Source: Acidobacteriota bacterium
GTDB taxonomy: Bacteria > Acidobacteriota > UBA6911 > RPQK01 > JAJDTT01
Assembly (NCBI GenBank): GCA_965209055.1
Contig: OZ242374.1
Coordinates: forward strand, 5,344,001 to 5,408,000
Direction: 5' to 3'
Length of the DNA stretch: 64,000 nt
Shown: positions 37,684 through 47,678 of the stretch, in pieces
How positions within the stretch are numbered: the first letter of the stretch is position 1
Layout of the letters: every line of letters begins with the position of its first letter
Translations under genes and position numbers: made by a program
The notes under the pieces: generated by a model
What the model was told of the DNA's origin: nothing
Database searches by the model: none
What the model saw: only the letters and a program-made list of their open reading frames with translations

Positions 37684-40050
37684 ATGCTTGCATTTCGTGG
37701 AATGCGGCCGCCATCGGTGAGGCGCGCCAATACCGGCTGCTCTGGCGCGGCCGTCCGGGCCGCCTTGGTTGCAGCCATCATTCTGGGCCACCCCCAAGAC
37801 ATCCTCCCGGTCCAGAACTCGGATCCCAAGAAGCCCCACCATCACCATTCCAAAACCGCAAGGCTGCATGAAGGGGACCACGCGCCGCCGCATAGAGACT
37901 TTTCTCCGGGGCATCGCCGCATGCTCCAAACTCTTCGGGAGGTGGCAGACAGGGCGGCTCGGGGGGACCTCTACTTGGGTGACGGGGTCGTGCGCAAGTT
38001 CCGCCGCCAGTTGGAAGAACTGGACCAGAGCCCTTCAGTCCCCGGGACTCCCTCCTATTGGATGGACCTGAACCGGTGGAACGTGCTGTTGGAACTGGGA
38101 GTCGCCGAGGTCCGGTTCGGTGAAGAGAAGGCCGGCATCGAGCACCTGAAGGCGGCTTACAATCTCCTTCCCAGTGTCCGCGACCGGCTCCAGCGGTCCA
38201 GGGTGGACCAGACCATCTTCGAACTGGGCGTGGCCTACATGCGGATGGGCGAGACCCAGAACTGTGTCGTTCAACACGGCGCCGAGCGCTGCATCCTCCC
38301 ACTTCGGGGAGAAGGGATCCACGCCCTACCGGAGGGGTCCACCCAGGCGATCCGGTATTTCACGGAAGTGCTGGAGTCTTCTCCTTCGGGAAAGGACTAC
38401 GGATACTACTTTCCTTCCCTCTGGCTCCTGAACGTTGCCTACATGACGCTGGACCAATATCCGGATGGCGTGCCGGCCCGCTACCGGATTCCCGAATCGA
38501 AGTTTCAGACCCGTATCCCGTTCCAACGTTTTCGCAACATCTCCCAGAAACTGGGATTGGACAGCTTCAATCTGGCCGGCGGCGCCATCGTGGACGACTT
38601 CGACGGGGACGGATACCTGGACATCTTGACCTCAACCTGGGATCTCAGCGGCCCCATGGTCTACTTTCGCAACAACGCAGACGGGACCTTTCGGGAGATC
38701 TCCAGCGAAGCCGGTCTGGAGGGCATCTGGGGCGGCCTCAACCTGCTGCAGGCCGACTACGACAACGACGGCCACGTGGACGTCCTCGTCCTGCGGGGGG
38801 CATGGTCCGGCAAGGAGGGAGAGCAGCCCAACTCACTTCTGAGAAACCGCGGAGACGGGACCTTCCAGGACGTCACCTACGAAGCCGGACTGGCCGAGGT
38901 CTCCTATCCGACTCAGGTGGCCGGCTGGGCCGACTACGACAACGACGGCGATCTGGACCTGTTCGTGGGAAACGAATCCCTGGGGGATTACCGGGCGCCC
39001 TGGCAACTGTTCCGGAACCAGGGGGACGGCACCTTTCAGGACGTGGCCGCGCAGGCCGGCGTCAGGAACTACTTCTTCACCAAGGGGGTCGCCTGGGGAG
39101 ACTACGACGGAGACCGCTATCCGGACCTGTACGTCTCCAACTACCGGGACCCGAACCGGCTCTTCCGGAACCGGGGAGACGGAACCTTCGAGGACGTCAC
39201 GGCCAAGATGAAGGTGGAGGGTCCGGAGGAGAGCTTCCCGGCCTGGTTCTGGGACTACAACAACGACGGCCATCTGGACCTGTTCGTCTCCAGCTATGCG
39301 GGGCACATCGGCCACCAGGCCCGTCACCATATCGGGCTCCCCCCGGACTTCGAACAAGCCCGTCTCTACGAGGGCAACGGACAAGGCGGTTTTCGGGACG
39401 TGGCCCGCGAGCGGAATCTGGAAGTACCCATGCAGCCCATGGGGTCCAACTTCGGAGACCTGAACAACGACGGCTGGCTGGACTTCTACCTGGGTACCGG
39501 GGATCCCAGTCTCGCCAGCATCGTCCCCAACCTCATGTTCCTGAACCAGGGTGGGCAACGGTTCGAGGACGTGACCATCGCCGGCGGGTTCGGCCATCTC
39601 CAGAAGGGTCATGGCGTCGCTTTCGCCGATCTCGACAACGACGGCGACCTGGATGTCTTCGAGCAGATGGGAGGCGCCTTCCCGGTGGACGGCTACAGCG
39701 ACGCCCTCTACGAGAACCCGGGCACCGGCAACCACTGGCTGGCCATCAAACTGGTGGGCCGCGAGTCCAACGCTTCCGCCATCGGCGCCCGGATCCGGGT
39801 GCGGATCGTGGAAGGGGGCGCGAGTCGATCGATCTACCGGCACGTCAACAGTGGAGGCAGCTTCGGGTGCAACCCCTTGCGTCAGACCATCGGTCTCGGC
39901 CAGGCCACTTCGGCCAGCGAGGTCGAGATCTTCTGGCCCACGACGGGCAAGACCCAGCGTCTCGGTGAGGTCAGTTCGGATCAGTTGATCCGGGTGGTCG
40001 AAGGTGAGGAAGGGTTCCAGCGAGTGCCGCTGAAACGGTTCCGTTTCTGA
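37684..40050 (+). CDS. CRTAC1-family protein with N-terminal helical domain and His-rich leader
   Basis: LGVAYMRMGETQNCV..H...CILPL domain; DFDGDG/DYDNDG repeats; GFGHLQKGHGV; NASAIGARI...SGGSFG C-terminus. Confidence 0.88.
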   Translation: MLAFRGMRPPSVRRANTGCSGAAVRAALVAAIILGHPQDILPVQNSDPKKPHHHHSKTARLHEGDHAPPHRDFSPGHRRMLQTLREVADRAARGDLYLGDGVVRKFRRQLEELDQSPSVPGTPSYWMDLNRWNVLLELGVAEVRFGEEKAGIEHLKAAYNLLPSVRDRLQRSRVDQTIFELGVAYMRMGETQNCVVQHGAERCILPLRGEGIHALPEGSTQAIRYFTEVLESSPSGKDYGYYFPSLWLLNVAYMTLDQYPDGVPARYRIPESKFQTRIPFQRFRNISQKLGLDSFNLAGGAIVDDFDGDGYLDILTSTWDLSGPMVYFRNNADGTFREISSEAGLEGIWGGLNLLQADYDNDGHVDVLVLRGAWSGKEGEQPNSLLRNRGDGTFQDVTYEAGLAEVSYPTQVAGWADYDNDGDLDLFVGNESLGDYRAPWQLFRNQGDGTFQDVAAQAGVRNYFFTKGVAWGDYDGDRYPDLYVSNYRDPNRLFRNRGDGTFEDVTAKMKVEGPEESFPAWFWDYNNDGHLDLFVSSYAGHIGHQARHHIGLPPDFEQARLYEGNGQGGFRDVARERNLEVPMQPMGSNFGDLNNDGWLDFYLGTGDPSLASIVPNLMFLNQGGQRFEDVTIAGGFGHLQKGHGVAFADLDNDGDLDVFEQMGGAFPVDGYSDALYENPGTGNHWLAIKLVGRESNASAIGARIRVRIVEGGASRSIYRHVNSGGSFGCNPLRQTIGLGQATSASEVEIFWPTTGKTQRLGEVSSDQLIRVVEGEEGFQRVPLKRFRF

Positions 40051-40104
40051 CCTGCGTGAAGAAAACCTCCTGGATTTCCTCGCTCCCGATACGCGCTCCA
40101 GCGT

Positions 40105-42189
40105 TCAGAGTTGAATCACCACCAGCGTGTAGGTTTCCAGCCGGGGCAGCGTGCACCGGATCCGATTCCCCTCGGCTCGGAACTCCAGGTCGGAGATCTC
40201 TCCCCCGTCGGGCGACAGGGTGTAGATCTTCCGAACCGTCCCGGTCCCCGATCGGAGGTTGATCTGCAGGTCCCGGACCAGCGGGTTCTCTTTCATTCCG
40301 TAGTTGACCAGATGCAGGAGCAGGCGGTTCTCCCGTTCCTGGCGCAGCAACTCGGTGGTGACGGTCAGCGGGGCCTCCACTTCCAAGAGCGGATCGTTGC
40401 CCCCCGCCCAACGGACGGACTCCACCAATTCCTCCCAGTTGATCGGGAGGTGCCAATATTGGCTTGTCATGGGCTCCGTGGCCGGTTTCTCCACGGCCGG
40501 CTTCACCTCCGGCAGGTAAACCACCCGGCCCTCCCCTTCGCGGCGCCGGACCGGATCGATGGCGAGAATCGCCTCGGGCCGAGGGGGCCAGGGCATGAAT
40601 TCCGGTGCCTGGACCGCGAAGAGATCCGCCAGTCCGAAGTCGAGGCGGCGGCTTCTCCACGGAGTCAGCAGCGAGGTGTGTTCGGTGGCCACCAGTCCCC
40701 CTCCCCGCTTCACGAAGCCGCGAACCTGGTCCATCTGTTCGTCGCTGAGGCACTCCTGGTCCGCCAGGACCAGAACCCGGTAGCGGGAGAGATCGGAGAG
40801 ATGGCGGTCGAAGACGATGTCGAAGGGAACCTTGGCCTGGATCAGGGCCTGTTCGAAGAGATAGGTGCTCTGGTAGGGCCGGTCGTTGTTGAAGGCCATG
40901 GTAGCGTAGGAGTGGAGCACGGCCACGTCGGCGGCGCTCTCCGGCTTTCGGTAGTGGTCGAACCGGTCGCGGTAATAGCGAATATAGCGCCGATGTGCCG
41001 GCGGTGGATCGGGATACTCCTGGATGCCTCCCACCATCCCCAGGCAACCCCGGTTGTAGGCCATGGCTTCGGCCACCATCAGGGGAGTCCGAAAGGTGTA
41101 GCTGAAGATCTTGTTTCCCAGGCCGGTGGCCGTCTTGTAGCTCCGGATCTTGGAGATCAGGACACCTTCGGGACTGATTCCGGCGTCGTTGCCCTCCTCC
41201 GTCCAGACGATGTCCGTATGCTCCAGGAGACGAGGATAGTCCACCCCCTGCTCCCAGACGGTGTTCACGCCCGACATGCCGATGTGCGGATTGTTCTCCA
41301 CCGCGACCTGGGGATTGAGCCCGCGGATGTATTCCTTCATCTCCCGGTAGTACTCGGTCAACTGGTGGCAGCGGAAGTCGGCCCACTCCTGGAAGAGGGG
41401 GTCGGTGATGGTGGAGAGAGGGCCCTCGTGCGCCGGCGGGGTGACGTAGCGGAGATCGTTGAATCCCAGCCGCCGCTTCAAGACGTCCGGCGTGAATTTG
41501 CGTTCCAGGAACTCCCGGAAGTCCCGGATGGCCAGGGGATGGAAGAACATGGGCCTTCGAGCCTGCGTGCTGGTGTTGTCGAAGTGGATCAGGTCCGCCT
41601 GGAAGTCCTCCACCGCCATGCGGACCACCTTCCGGATGTACTCCTTGTAGCCGGGATGGGCGAAATAGACCCGCTTGCGAAACGTCTGGGTCTTTCCGTA
41701 GTGGACCGGTTGCCCCAGGTATTCGGGCACGAACCAGGCTTCGGCCCCCGGTTTCTCCAGCAGGAAGGTCTCATAGGCCACGGTGCTCCCGACGTAGACG
41801 CCCACGCGGATGCCGTGCTTGCGGCACAGTTCGGCCAACTTGCGGGCGTCGGCCAGATGCTCCGCCTCGGCCTCGAGCCCGAAGCCCTTGTAGAAGTGGA
41901 GCACGGCCATGGTGACGCCCAGTTCCTTCAACTGGAGGACCCTCTCCTCGGTGTGGGCCTGCTCGTACGCCTCGTCGTGCCACTCCCTCAGGCTGCCCAT
42001 CCGCCGCCGAAAGAGCGGCATGTCGTCCCATCCCCCCACGATTATGATGGGCTCCTCGTCCAGCCATTCCGGTCTTTCCGAACTCGCCGTCACCGGAGGA
42101 CTCCCACCCGGTTCGGCTTCCGGCCCGCAAGAGCCGGCAGGCAAGAGAACCAGAACCGCCACGAGACCCCACATCGCACCATCTTCCAT
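40105..42189 (-). CDS. Glycoside-hydrolase-like TIM barrel + beta-galactosidase trimerization (GATase-like) domain, probable lipoprotein
   Basis: Lipobox-like AGSC; IRVGVYVG, DLIHFDN, EWADFRC; LSRYRVLVLADQECLSD..FVKRGGGLVAT; LLLHLVNY. Start probably 42189 or 42174. Confidence 0.7.
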   Translation of the reverse strand: MEDGAMWGLVAVLVLLPAGSCGPEAEPGGSPPVTASSERPEWLDEEPIIIVGGWDDMPLFRRRMGSLREWHDEAYEQAHTEERVLQLKELGVTMAVLHFYKGFGLEAEAEHLADARKLAELCRKHGIRVGVYVGSTVAYETFLLEKPGAEAWFVPEYLGQPVHYGKTQTFRKRVYFAHPGYKEYIRKVVRMAVEDFQADLIHFDNTSTQARRPMFFHPLAIRDFREFLERKFTPDVLKRRLGFNDLRYVTPPAHEGPLSTITDPLFQEWADFRCHQLTEYYREMKEYIRGLNPQVAVENNPHIGMSGVNTVWEQGVDYPRLLEHTDIVWTEEGNDAGISPEGVLISKIRSYKTATGLGNKIFSYTFRTPLMVAEAMAYNRGCLGMVGGIQEYPDPPPAHRRYIRYYRDRFDHYRKPESAADVAVLHSYATMAFNNDRPYQSTYLFEQALIQAKVPFDIVFDRHLSDLSRYRVLVLADQECLSDEQMDQVRGFVKRGGGLVATEHTSLLTPWRSRRLDFGLADLFAVQAPEFMPWPPRPEAILAIDPVRRREGEGRVVYLPEVKPAVEKPATEPMTSQYWHLPINWEELVESVRWAGGNDPLLEVEAPLTVTTELLRQERENRLLLHLVNYGMKENPLVRDLQINLRSGTGTVRKIYTLSPDGGEISDLEFRAEGNRIRCTLPRLETYTLVVIQL

Positions 42190-42269
42190 CTGAGTCTTTC
42201 CGGTCTGGGGCGAGGTTCGTTTCGAACCAAGGCGATGAATGACCGAGTCCTTTCCCCCAATAGCCTGGA

Positions 42270-43154
42270 TCAGCTCCAACGGCCGGGGGAAATACCCGCG
42301 GCATGCCTCGCCATATTGTCCGGGCGGTTCGGCAGATCGAAATCGATGTTCCGCGTGTTGAGGCTCCTGAAATATTTTTGGACGGCCGGAGGGAGACCAG
42401 CCACCTGCTCCGAGTCGCGGTCGGGAACGTCTTCTATGGGACCCGCCCAGGTGGGCCGGTAGGCGATGGCCAACATGCGGCGGGTCCGGTCGCTGTAGTT
42501 GGGAAAGTTGGCATGGAACACTTTCTGGTTGATGATCGCCGCCGAGCCGGCTCGGCAGGTCACCATCAACTCATCGTCGTGGGCAAGATAGCGGTTGTAG
42601 GGGTTGGCATCGCGGTGGAGCGAAAGGTGAGAGCGCGGGATCACCTTGAACGGGGAGCATTCCGGAGTGAGATCGTCCAGGTAATAGAGAACGCGAACCA
42701 GACAGGGCGAGCTGGCCTGGACACCGAATATCTTGGAGCCGTAGGGCTGCGAATCGGTGTGAATGGCGATTCCCGGGTGGCCCGGCCTGGATTCGGTGTA
42801 GGTGCAGGAGGTGCAGATCAACTCGTCGCCCAAGAGTTCCTCCAAGAACTCTACCGTGGCCGGAAAGGCGATCACCGACGTCGCTCGAGGCGAGTCGGTC
42901 CACTGCAAATTGGGACAGCTTCGCTGATGATCGCTGTAATCGGTCGGCCTGGTCGTGAGTCTGGAGGTCTCCCGGCGGATTTCCTCCATCAGTTCCTCGC
43001 TCAGCAGATCCGGAATGACGACGAAACCCTCCAACTCGATGGAACGAATCTGTTGGGCGCGGGTCAGACCGTACCAATGGCTTTCCGGCACCCGGTTCGC
43101 ACGCTTCAGACTTTCTCGACTGTTGGTGAAAGATGCGTCCATTTCCCTATCCAT
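42270..43154 (-). CDS. Phytanoyl-CoA dioxygenase (PhyH) family 2OG-Fe(II) oxygenase
   Basis: EGFVVIPDLL, HTD (HxD), YYLDDLT, VIPRSH, FHANFPN, distal Arg. Confidence 0.87.
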   Translation of the reverse strand: MDREMDASFTNSRESLKRANRVPESHWYGLTRAQQIRSIELEGFVVIPDLLSEELMEEIRRETSRLTTRPTDYSDHQRSCPNLQWTDSPRATSVIAFPATVEFLEELLGDELICTSCTYTESRPGHPGIAIHTDSQPYGSKIFGVQASSPCLVRVLYYLDDLTPECSPFKVIPRSHLSLHRDANPYNRYLAHDDELMVTCRAGSAAIINQKVFHANFPNYSDRTRRMLAIAYRPTWAGPIEDVPDRDSEQVAGLPPAVQKYFRSLNTRNIDFDLPNRPDNMARHAAGISPGRWS

Positions 43155-43217
43155 CCTCCCTTCGTTCTTCCCAGGAGCCTGACAACAGTTTCCTGTCTGT
43201 CACGTAGAGACTCGAGT

Positions 43218-44114
43218 TCAGAGTGGTGCTTCTGGGAGACCAATCGATTCGGGGGAGACGACAGTCAGATCTTCTCCAAAAATAACCGTGCCCCGAAAGA
43301 TTTCACGAACTTCCGAGATGACCTGTTCTCGCACTCCCGGCCTGTCGATCTGTCCCGTGATATGAGTCAGAACGACCGTTTTGACACCGGCGTCCCGGGC
43401 CAGTGTGCCGATCATTCCAGGGCTCCCACAACCCCTCGCCATGGCCTCGTTGAACTCCGTGCCCGTGAGGTAGTGGCACATGTGAATGAGAACGTCAGCA
43501 CCTTCCGAAAAAGAGACCATGCGATCGGTCGGACCTGAGTCTCCACTGTAAACCAGAGCGTACTCCTCCGTTTCCAAGCGATAGGCCAGGCACCGCAGAT
43601 ACGGCTGAGCATGGGGCACCTCGATGGACCGAACCGTCCAATTGTCTCCCCGAAACTCGACCCCATGCTCCGCCTCGGTAATGACGGGCCGCGGCCGTTC
43701 TCTCGTCCCCGTGCCGCCGCGGGCATGGTAGAGCGCTACGCTGGCTTCGTTCCTGGTCCGGGCCTGCAAATCGGAATCGAATACCCCGTCTCTATCAAAC
43801 AAGGATTCCACAATTCGTTGAATCGGCCGAGGACCATAGATCTTCAACTCGGGAATCTTCCCCGCCCCCTGATCCCAGCGCTGAAGAACATAGTGGGGAA
43901 GATCAGTGCAGTGATCGTAGTGCCAGTGGGTCACAAAGAGTTGTGTGACCTCGGTCGGCTGTTTCCCCGTCTCGAGAAAACGCCGGTAGGAACCGGGCCC
44001 GCAGTCGAACACAAAAACTTCTGACGGCGTTTCCACCAGGTAGCCGGAACCGGCACGCTTGACCGAGGGTGTCGGCGACCCGGTACCCAGTATAGTGATC
44101 CTCATGCGGACCAT
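43218..44114 (-). CDS. MBL-fold metallohydrolase (RNase Z/AtsA-like)
   Basis: ITILGTGSP, FDCGPG, THWHYDHC, VPH, YSGDSG, VLTH. Confidence 0.88.
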   Translation of the reverse strand: MVRMRITILGTGSPTPSVKRAGSGYLVETPSEVFVFDCGPGSYRRFLETGKQPTEVTQLFVTHWHYDHCTDLPHYVLQRWDQGAGKIPELKIYGPRPIQRIVESLFDRDGVFDSDLQARTRNEASVALYHARGGTGTRERPRPVITEAEHGVEFRGDNWTVRSIEVPHAQPYLRCLAYRLETEEYALVYSGDSGPTDRMVSFSEGADVLIHMCHYLTGTEFNEAMARGCGSPGMIGTLARDAGVKTVVLTHITGQIDRPGVREQVISEVREIFRGTVIFGEDLTVVSPESIGLPEAPL

Positions 44115-44267
44115 CCCCCGTTGCTACGGACCAAGACCGGCCCTGACTATTGGTTGCTTCCCGATTTTTCCCTGGAAGGTCAGCTCCTTCATGTCGCAAT
44201 GAAAACGCGGGTCTCAAGTAACGGGAAATGCGGAACCCACAACCACACTGCCGTTTTCTTCCTCCCG

Positions 44268-44294
44268 ATTTTCTTATAAATTATCAAAGAAAAT
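44268..44294. promoter_or_regulatory. AT-rich inverted repeat (putative operator) in a divergent intergenic region
   Basis: ATTTTCTT-N11-AAGAAAAT containing TTATAA-A-TTATCA. Confidence 0.55.
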
Positions 44295-44407
44295 AACTTC
44301 TGGCCGAAGTTTTCTGGGGTGAGTCGGTGCGGGTTCCCTCCAGAATTCTCGAACCGGACAGAAGGCATGCGGGTTCGGTGACAGGAGTTTCCTCGAAGAG
44401 ATCTGCA

Positions 44408-45568
44408 ATGTTGTTTTCTCCCGAAGAATATCAACAACGTCAGAACAGGATTCGAGCAGAATTGCAGACTGCCCGTCTGGACGCCCTTCTGGTCAGCGGG
44501 GACGACAACATCACCTACTTTGCCGGCATCCGTTCCCTCCTGCCCCGTTTGATCCAGACCCGCCCTCTCTTCGTTCTGATCCCCGTCAGCCAAGATCCGG
44601 TCGTACTGATCCATAATTCTCGAGTCGTCGACACCCGGGCCAATTCGCCCATCTCAGAGGTGAGAACGTATACGACTTCCGACGAAGTTCCTTATGGTTG
44701 TGCACCATTTGCCGAATTGGCGGATCTCCTTCGAGAACGCGGTCTGGAGCGTGGCAGAATCGGTGCAGAGCTGGGGCATGACACCAGAATGGGGATGCCC
44801 GTTGGAGACTTCGAGCGGCTGCGCGCGAGACTTCCGGAGGCGCAGTTTCGGGATGCCTCGGATCCAATCTGGAAGGTGCGCATGCGAAAGTCACCTGCCG
44901 AATTGGAGTTATTGAAGCAGTCCGCTGAGATCACGGGAGAGGCACGGCAGCGGACATTCGCCCAGTTAAAGCCCGGCATGACGGATGGGCAGGTCCTGAA
45001 TCGCTTCTTCCGGGAAATCCTCGAAGTGGGGGGTGACCGCCCGTCGTTCGGGTTTGTGGCGGCGGGTCCGCTGCAACCGGAAATTCCACTATTTGGAGTG
45101 CCCACGGGCCGGCCGCTCGAAATGGGGGACCTCATCTGTCTGGACGGAGGGTGCTGGGTGCAGGATTATAGTTGCGATTACGATCGCCTGGCCGTTCTAG
45201 GCCGTCCGAGTCACCGGCAGCAGGACCTGTACCAAAGGCTGCGTGATTTGAACGACAAAATGGTGGAATTATTTCGTCCCGGCGTGAGCACGGCCGAAGT
45301 CTATGAGGTTTATGTCGCCGAGTGTCGCCGACACAAACTTCCGAATCCAGGAGTCATCGTGGGGCATGGAATGGGCATGCTTTTGGGTGAGCCTCCCAGG
45401 GTCGCCCCCTGGGATGAAACGGTCTTGGAACCGGGAATCGTCTGTAGCAGCGAGCCCTATTTCCTGCCGGAGGATGGTCCTCTGGTTTGGGAGGACCTTT
45501 TGGTCATCACCGAATCCGGTCACGAACTCCTGACGACGGAGAGTCCGGATCTTTTCGTGGTTGATTAG
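44408..45568 (+). CDS. M24 (Xaa-Pro aminopeptidase/creatinase-like) family protein
   Basis: Creatinase_N domain (NITYFAG), RMRKSPAEL, metal ligands D(GG), D(YDR), H(GMG), E(PY), E(DL). Confidence 0.87.
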   Translation: MLFSPEEYQQRQNRIRAELQTARLDALLVSGDDNITYFAGIRSLLPRLIQTRPLFVLIPVSQDPVVLIHNSRVVDTRANSPISEVRTYTTSDEVPYGCAPFAELADLLRERGLERGRIGAELGHDTRMGMPVGDFERLRARLPEAQFRDASDPIWKVRMRKSPAELELLKQSAEITGEARQRTFAQLKPGMTDGQVLNRFFREILEVGGDRPSFGFVAAGPLQPEIPLFGVPTGRPLEMGDLICLDGGCWVQDYSCDYDRLAVLGRPSHRQQDLYQRLRDLNDKMVELFRPGVSTAEVYEVYVAECRRHKLPNPGVIVGHGMGMLLGEPPRVAPWDETVLEPGIVCSSEPYFLPEDGPLVWEDLLVITESGHELLTTESPDLFVVD

Positions 45569-45634
45569 CCCCTTGCCGGAGGTGAGGAGATTGAAACCTG
45601 TTTCGAAATTCCCAAGGGTGGGATTGAGGACAAA

Positions 45635-46480
45635 GTGAACCGAAGAGGGTTTTTGACTGGCTGCCTCGGCGGTCTTGCATCCGGATGGGTCAGCCGTCGA
45701 ATTGCTGCCGAGCCAAGCCCCCGGCCCATAGTCGTCGATGCCCATGTCCACGCCGGCTACATGGGCATGTGGGGCCAGCGCGAGATCTCTTTCGAAGAGA
45801 CCCTGACAGCGGCTGATGCAGCGGGGATCGACAAATTGTGCGTCTCGTCCACATTGTCGTTGACATTGGACATGAAGGAAGGCAACCAAGCTGTCTACGA
45901 GTTAATGCAACGTTACCCGGACAGGGTGATCGGGTTCGCCGCCCTTCCCAGTCCATACTTTGGGCAGCAGGGACTCGACGAGATCAGACGCGCCGTCGAG
46001 TACTACGGAATGAAAGGGATTGGAGAACTTGTAACCAGACCAACTTACCCAGCGGATCTGCCCGGCTGGACGGCGCTGTTGGAAACGGCGGCGGATCTGC
46101 ATGTCCCCGTTCTTTTGCATGCTGTCGCCGGCCCTTGTGCCCGCGTTGCCGAAGCCGTGCCAGAGGCAACCATCCTGCTTGCCCATATGGGCGCCGGCAA
46201 CGGAATCGCTCCCAACGAGTGGTCGGATGCCATCGAAATGGCCAAGCTCCACCCCAACGTCTACCTTGAAACGGCCCAGTCGGACACCTCATATGGCCAG
46301 ATGGAACTGGCGGTCCAGGAATTGGGTCCGGAACGGATCGTCTTTGGGACCGATTCGCCATTGCTCGACCCGGCCGTACAGAAAGCGAAAATAACGGGTT
46401 CGGACATCAACTCCAAGGCGAAGGATCTCATCCTGGGCCCCAACCTGGCCCGGATTTTGGACATCTCTCCGAGCCTTTGA
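45635..46480 (+). CDS. Amidohydrolase_2 family protein, Tat-exported
   Basis: MNRRGFL signal; DAHVH, PVLLH, LAHMG, FGTDSP. Confidence 0.88.
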   Translation: MNRRGFLTGCLGGLASGWVSRRIAAEPSPRPIVVDAHVHAGYMGMWGQREISFEETLTAADAAGIDKLCVSSTLSLTLDMKEGNQAVYELMQRYPDRVIGFAALPSPYFGQQGLDEIRRAVEYYGMKGIGELVTRPTYPADLPGWTALLETAADLHVPVLLHAVAGPCARVAEAVPEATILLAHMGAGNGIAPNEWSDAIEMAKLHPNVYLETAQSDTSYGQMELAVQELGPERIVFGTDSPLLDPAVQKAKITGSDINSKAKDLILGPNLARILDISPSL

Positions 46481-47247
46481 AAAGAGTCCCCATGCTGTTC
46501 GACTTAAACGGCTTCCTCGGTCCGTGGCCCTTTTGGCAGGTTCGTCATCAGACTCCCAAATCCGTGCTGACCCTCATGGACCGGCACGGGATCGATGTCC
46601 TGGCCGTGTGCGCCACGCGTTCGATTCTCTCGGACTGGAAACTGGGAAACGAAGAAACCATCCAGGCCGCCACGCACAACCCGAACCGTTTTGTGGCCTT
46701 CGTGTCGATCAGTCCTATCCTTCCGGCGTCCGAGTTGGTGCGACAGCTGGAAAGCTACAAACGGGCGGGCGTCAAGGGGATCAGGCTCTACCCTCAGCAC
46801 CAGTCCTATTCCCTGACCGGACTCGCCGGATCTTCAGTGATCCTCCAGAAGGCACAGGAGCTTTCGCTCTCTGTGGTGCTGCCGATCCGGGCGATCATGC
46901 AATGGGAATTGCCCGAGCTGGATACGGGAACGATTGAAGCCGTCGTCACGCGCCATCCCCGTCTTACGTTCATTCTTTCCGGGGTGAATTACAGTAAGAC
47001 CCTTTGGGCCTACGACCTCGTGCGGCGCCGGCACAACGTCTCTCTCGAAATCTCCGGAATGCAAGGGTTTCGCGCCCTCGAAGACGCCGTTCATCGTATC
47101 GGCGCCGAGAAGATCTTGTTCGGCAGCGGCTTGCCTCTGCTATACCCGGCCTGCAGTCTTGCCAAGTTGGCATCGGCCAGAATCACCAGGGTCGAAAAAG
47201 AGGCCATCTCCGGAGTCAATGCCCGCAGGCTCCTGAGAATGAATTGA
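46477..47247 (+). CDS. Amidohydrolase_2-like protein with degenerate metal site
   Basis: Same fold motifs but DLNGF, VVLP, ILSG and FGSGLP where His/Asp ligands are expected; start TTG 46477 or ATG 46492. Confidence 0.8.
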   Translation: MKRVPMLFDLNGFLGPWPFWQVRHQTPKSVLTLMDRHGIDVLAVCATRSILSDWKLGNEETIQAATHNPNRFVAFVSISPILPASELVRQLESYKRAGVKGIRLYPQHQSYSLTGLAGSSVILQKAQELSLSVVLPIRAIMQWELPELDTGTIEAVVTRHPRLTFILSGVNYSKTLWAYDLVRRRHNVSLEISGMQGFRALEDAVHRIGAEKILFGSGLPLLYPACSLAKLASARITRVEKEAISGVNARRLLRMN

Positions 47248-47289
47248 TGATTCGGGGGAGAGGCTCCGTTCGCAGGAGGGAATTCACTT

Positions 47290-47613
47290 GTGAAAGCGAA
47301 GAAGGTCCGGATTACCGTGTTGCGCAAAACCTTCAATCAAGACTTCGTCGATGCCTACACGGATGGCTTTGAGTGGAAGCCACGTGGTTGTTGCCATGAT
47401 TTTGCGGTGGGCCAGGAGTTTTTCTCGGATGGGCACATGCCTGACGGCTTCAGCGACTGGGCGTGGACGGACATTCAGAAATACGTCGTGGTTCTGGCCC
47501 GTGGGGGCAACATGGTCGGTGTAAAACCTGGGGTCTTCGTGACTTGCTGCACGGATGGTTTCAGACCCGTGTTCTTCAAATTAGAGCGGGTTGAGGAGGA
47601 CGAATCGGCTTGA
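47290..47613 (+). CDS. TIGR04076 family protein
   Basis: KVRITVLRK, C..FAVGQEF, PDGF..WAWTDI, CCTDGFRPVFFKLERVE. Confidence 0.82.
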   Translation: MKAKKVRITVLRKTFNQDFVDAYTDGFEWKPRGCCHDFAVGQEFFSDGHMPDGFSDWAWTDIQKYVVVLARGGNMVGVKPGVFVTCCTDGFRPVFFKLERVEEDESA

Positions 47614-47678
47614 CTGGATAGTTACGGATTACGGAATGTCTGGCACCGATACCTGATATCTGAGGGAGGGACGAATCG

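Noticed and set aside
38580-39660. Repeated GACTACGACAACGACGG DNA motifs, superficially array-like
   Set aside because: They encode FG-GAP DYDNDG protein repeats inside CRTAC1 genes; irregular spacing and no cas genes, so not CRISPR.
40111-42462. 783-aa plus-strand ORF
   Set aside because: Antisense shadow of the GH-like gene; strong GC3 bias suppresses stops; no motifs.
47641-47656. sigma54-like TGGCAC upstream of 47679
   Set aside because: No TTGC -12 element at the required spacing.
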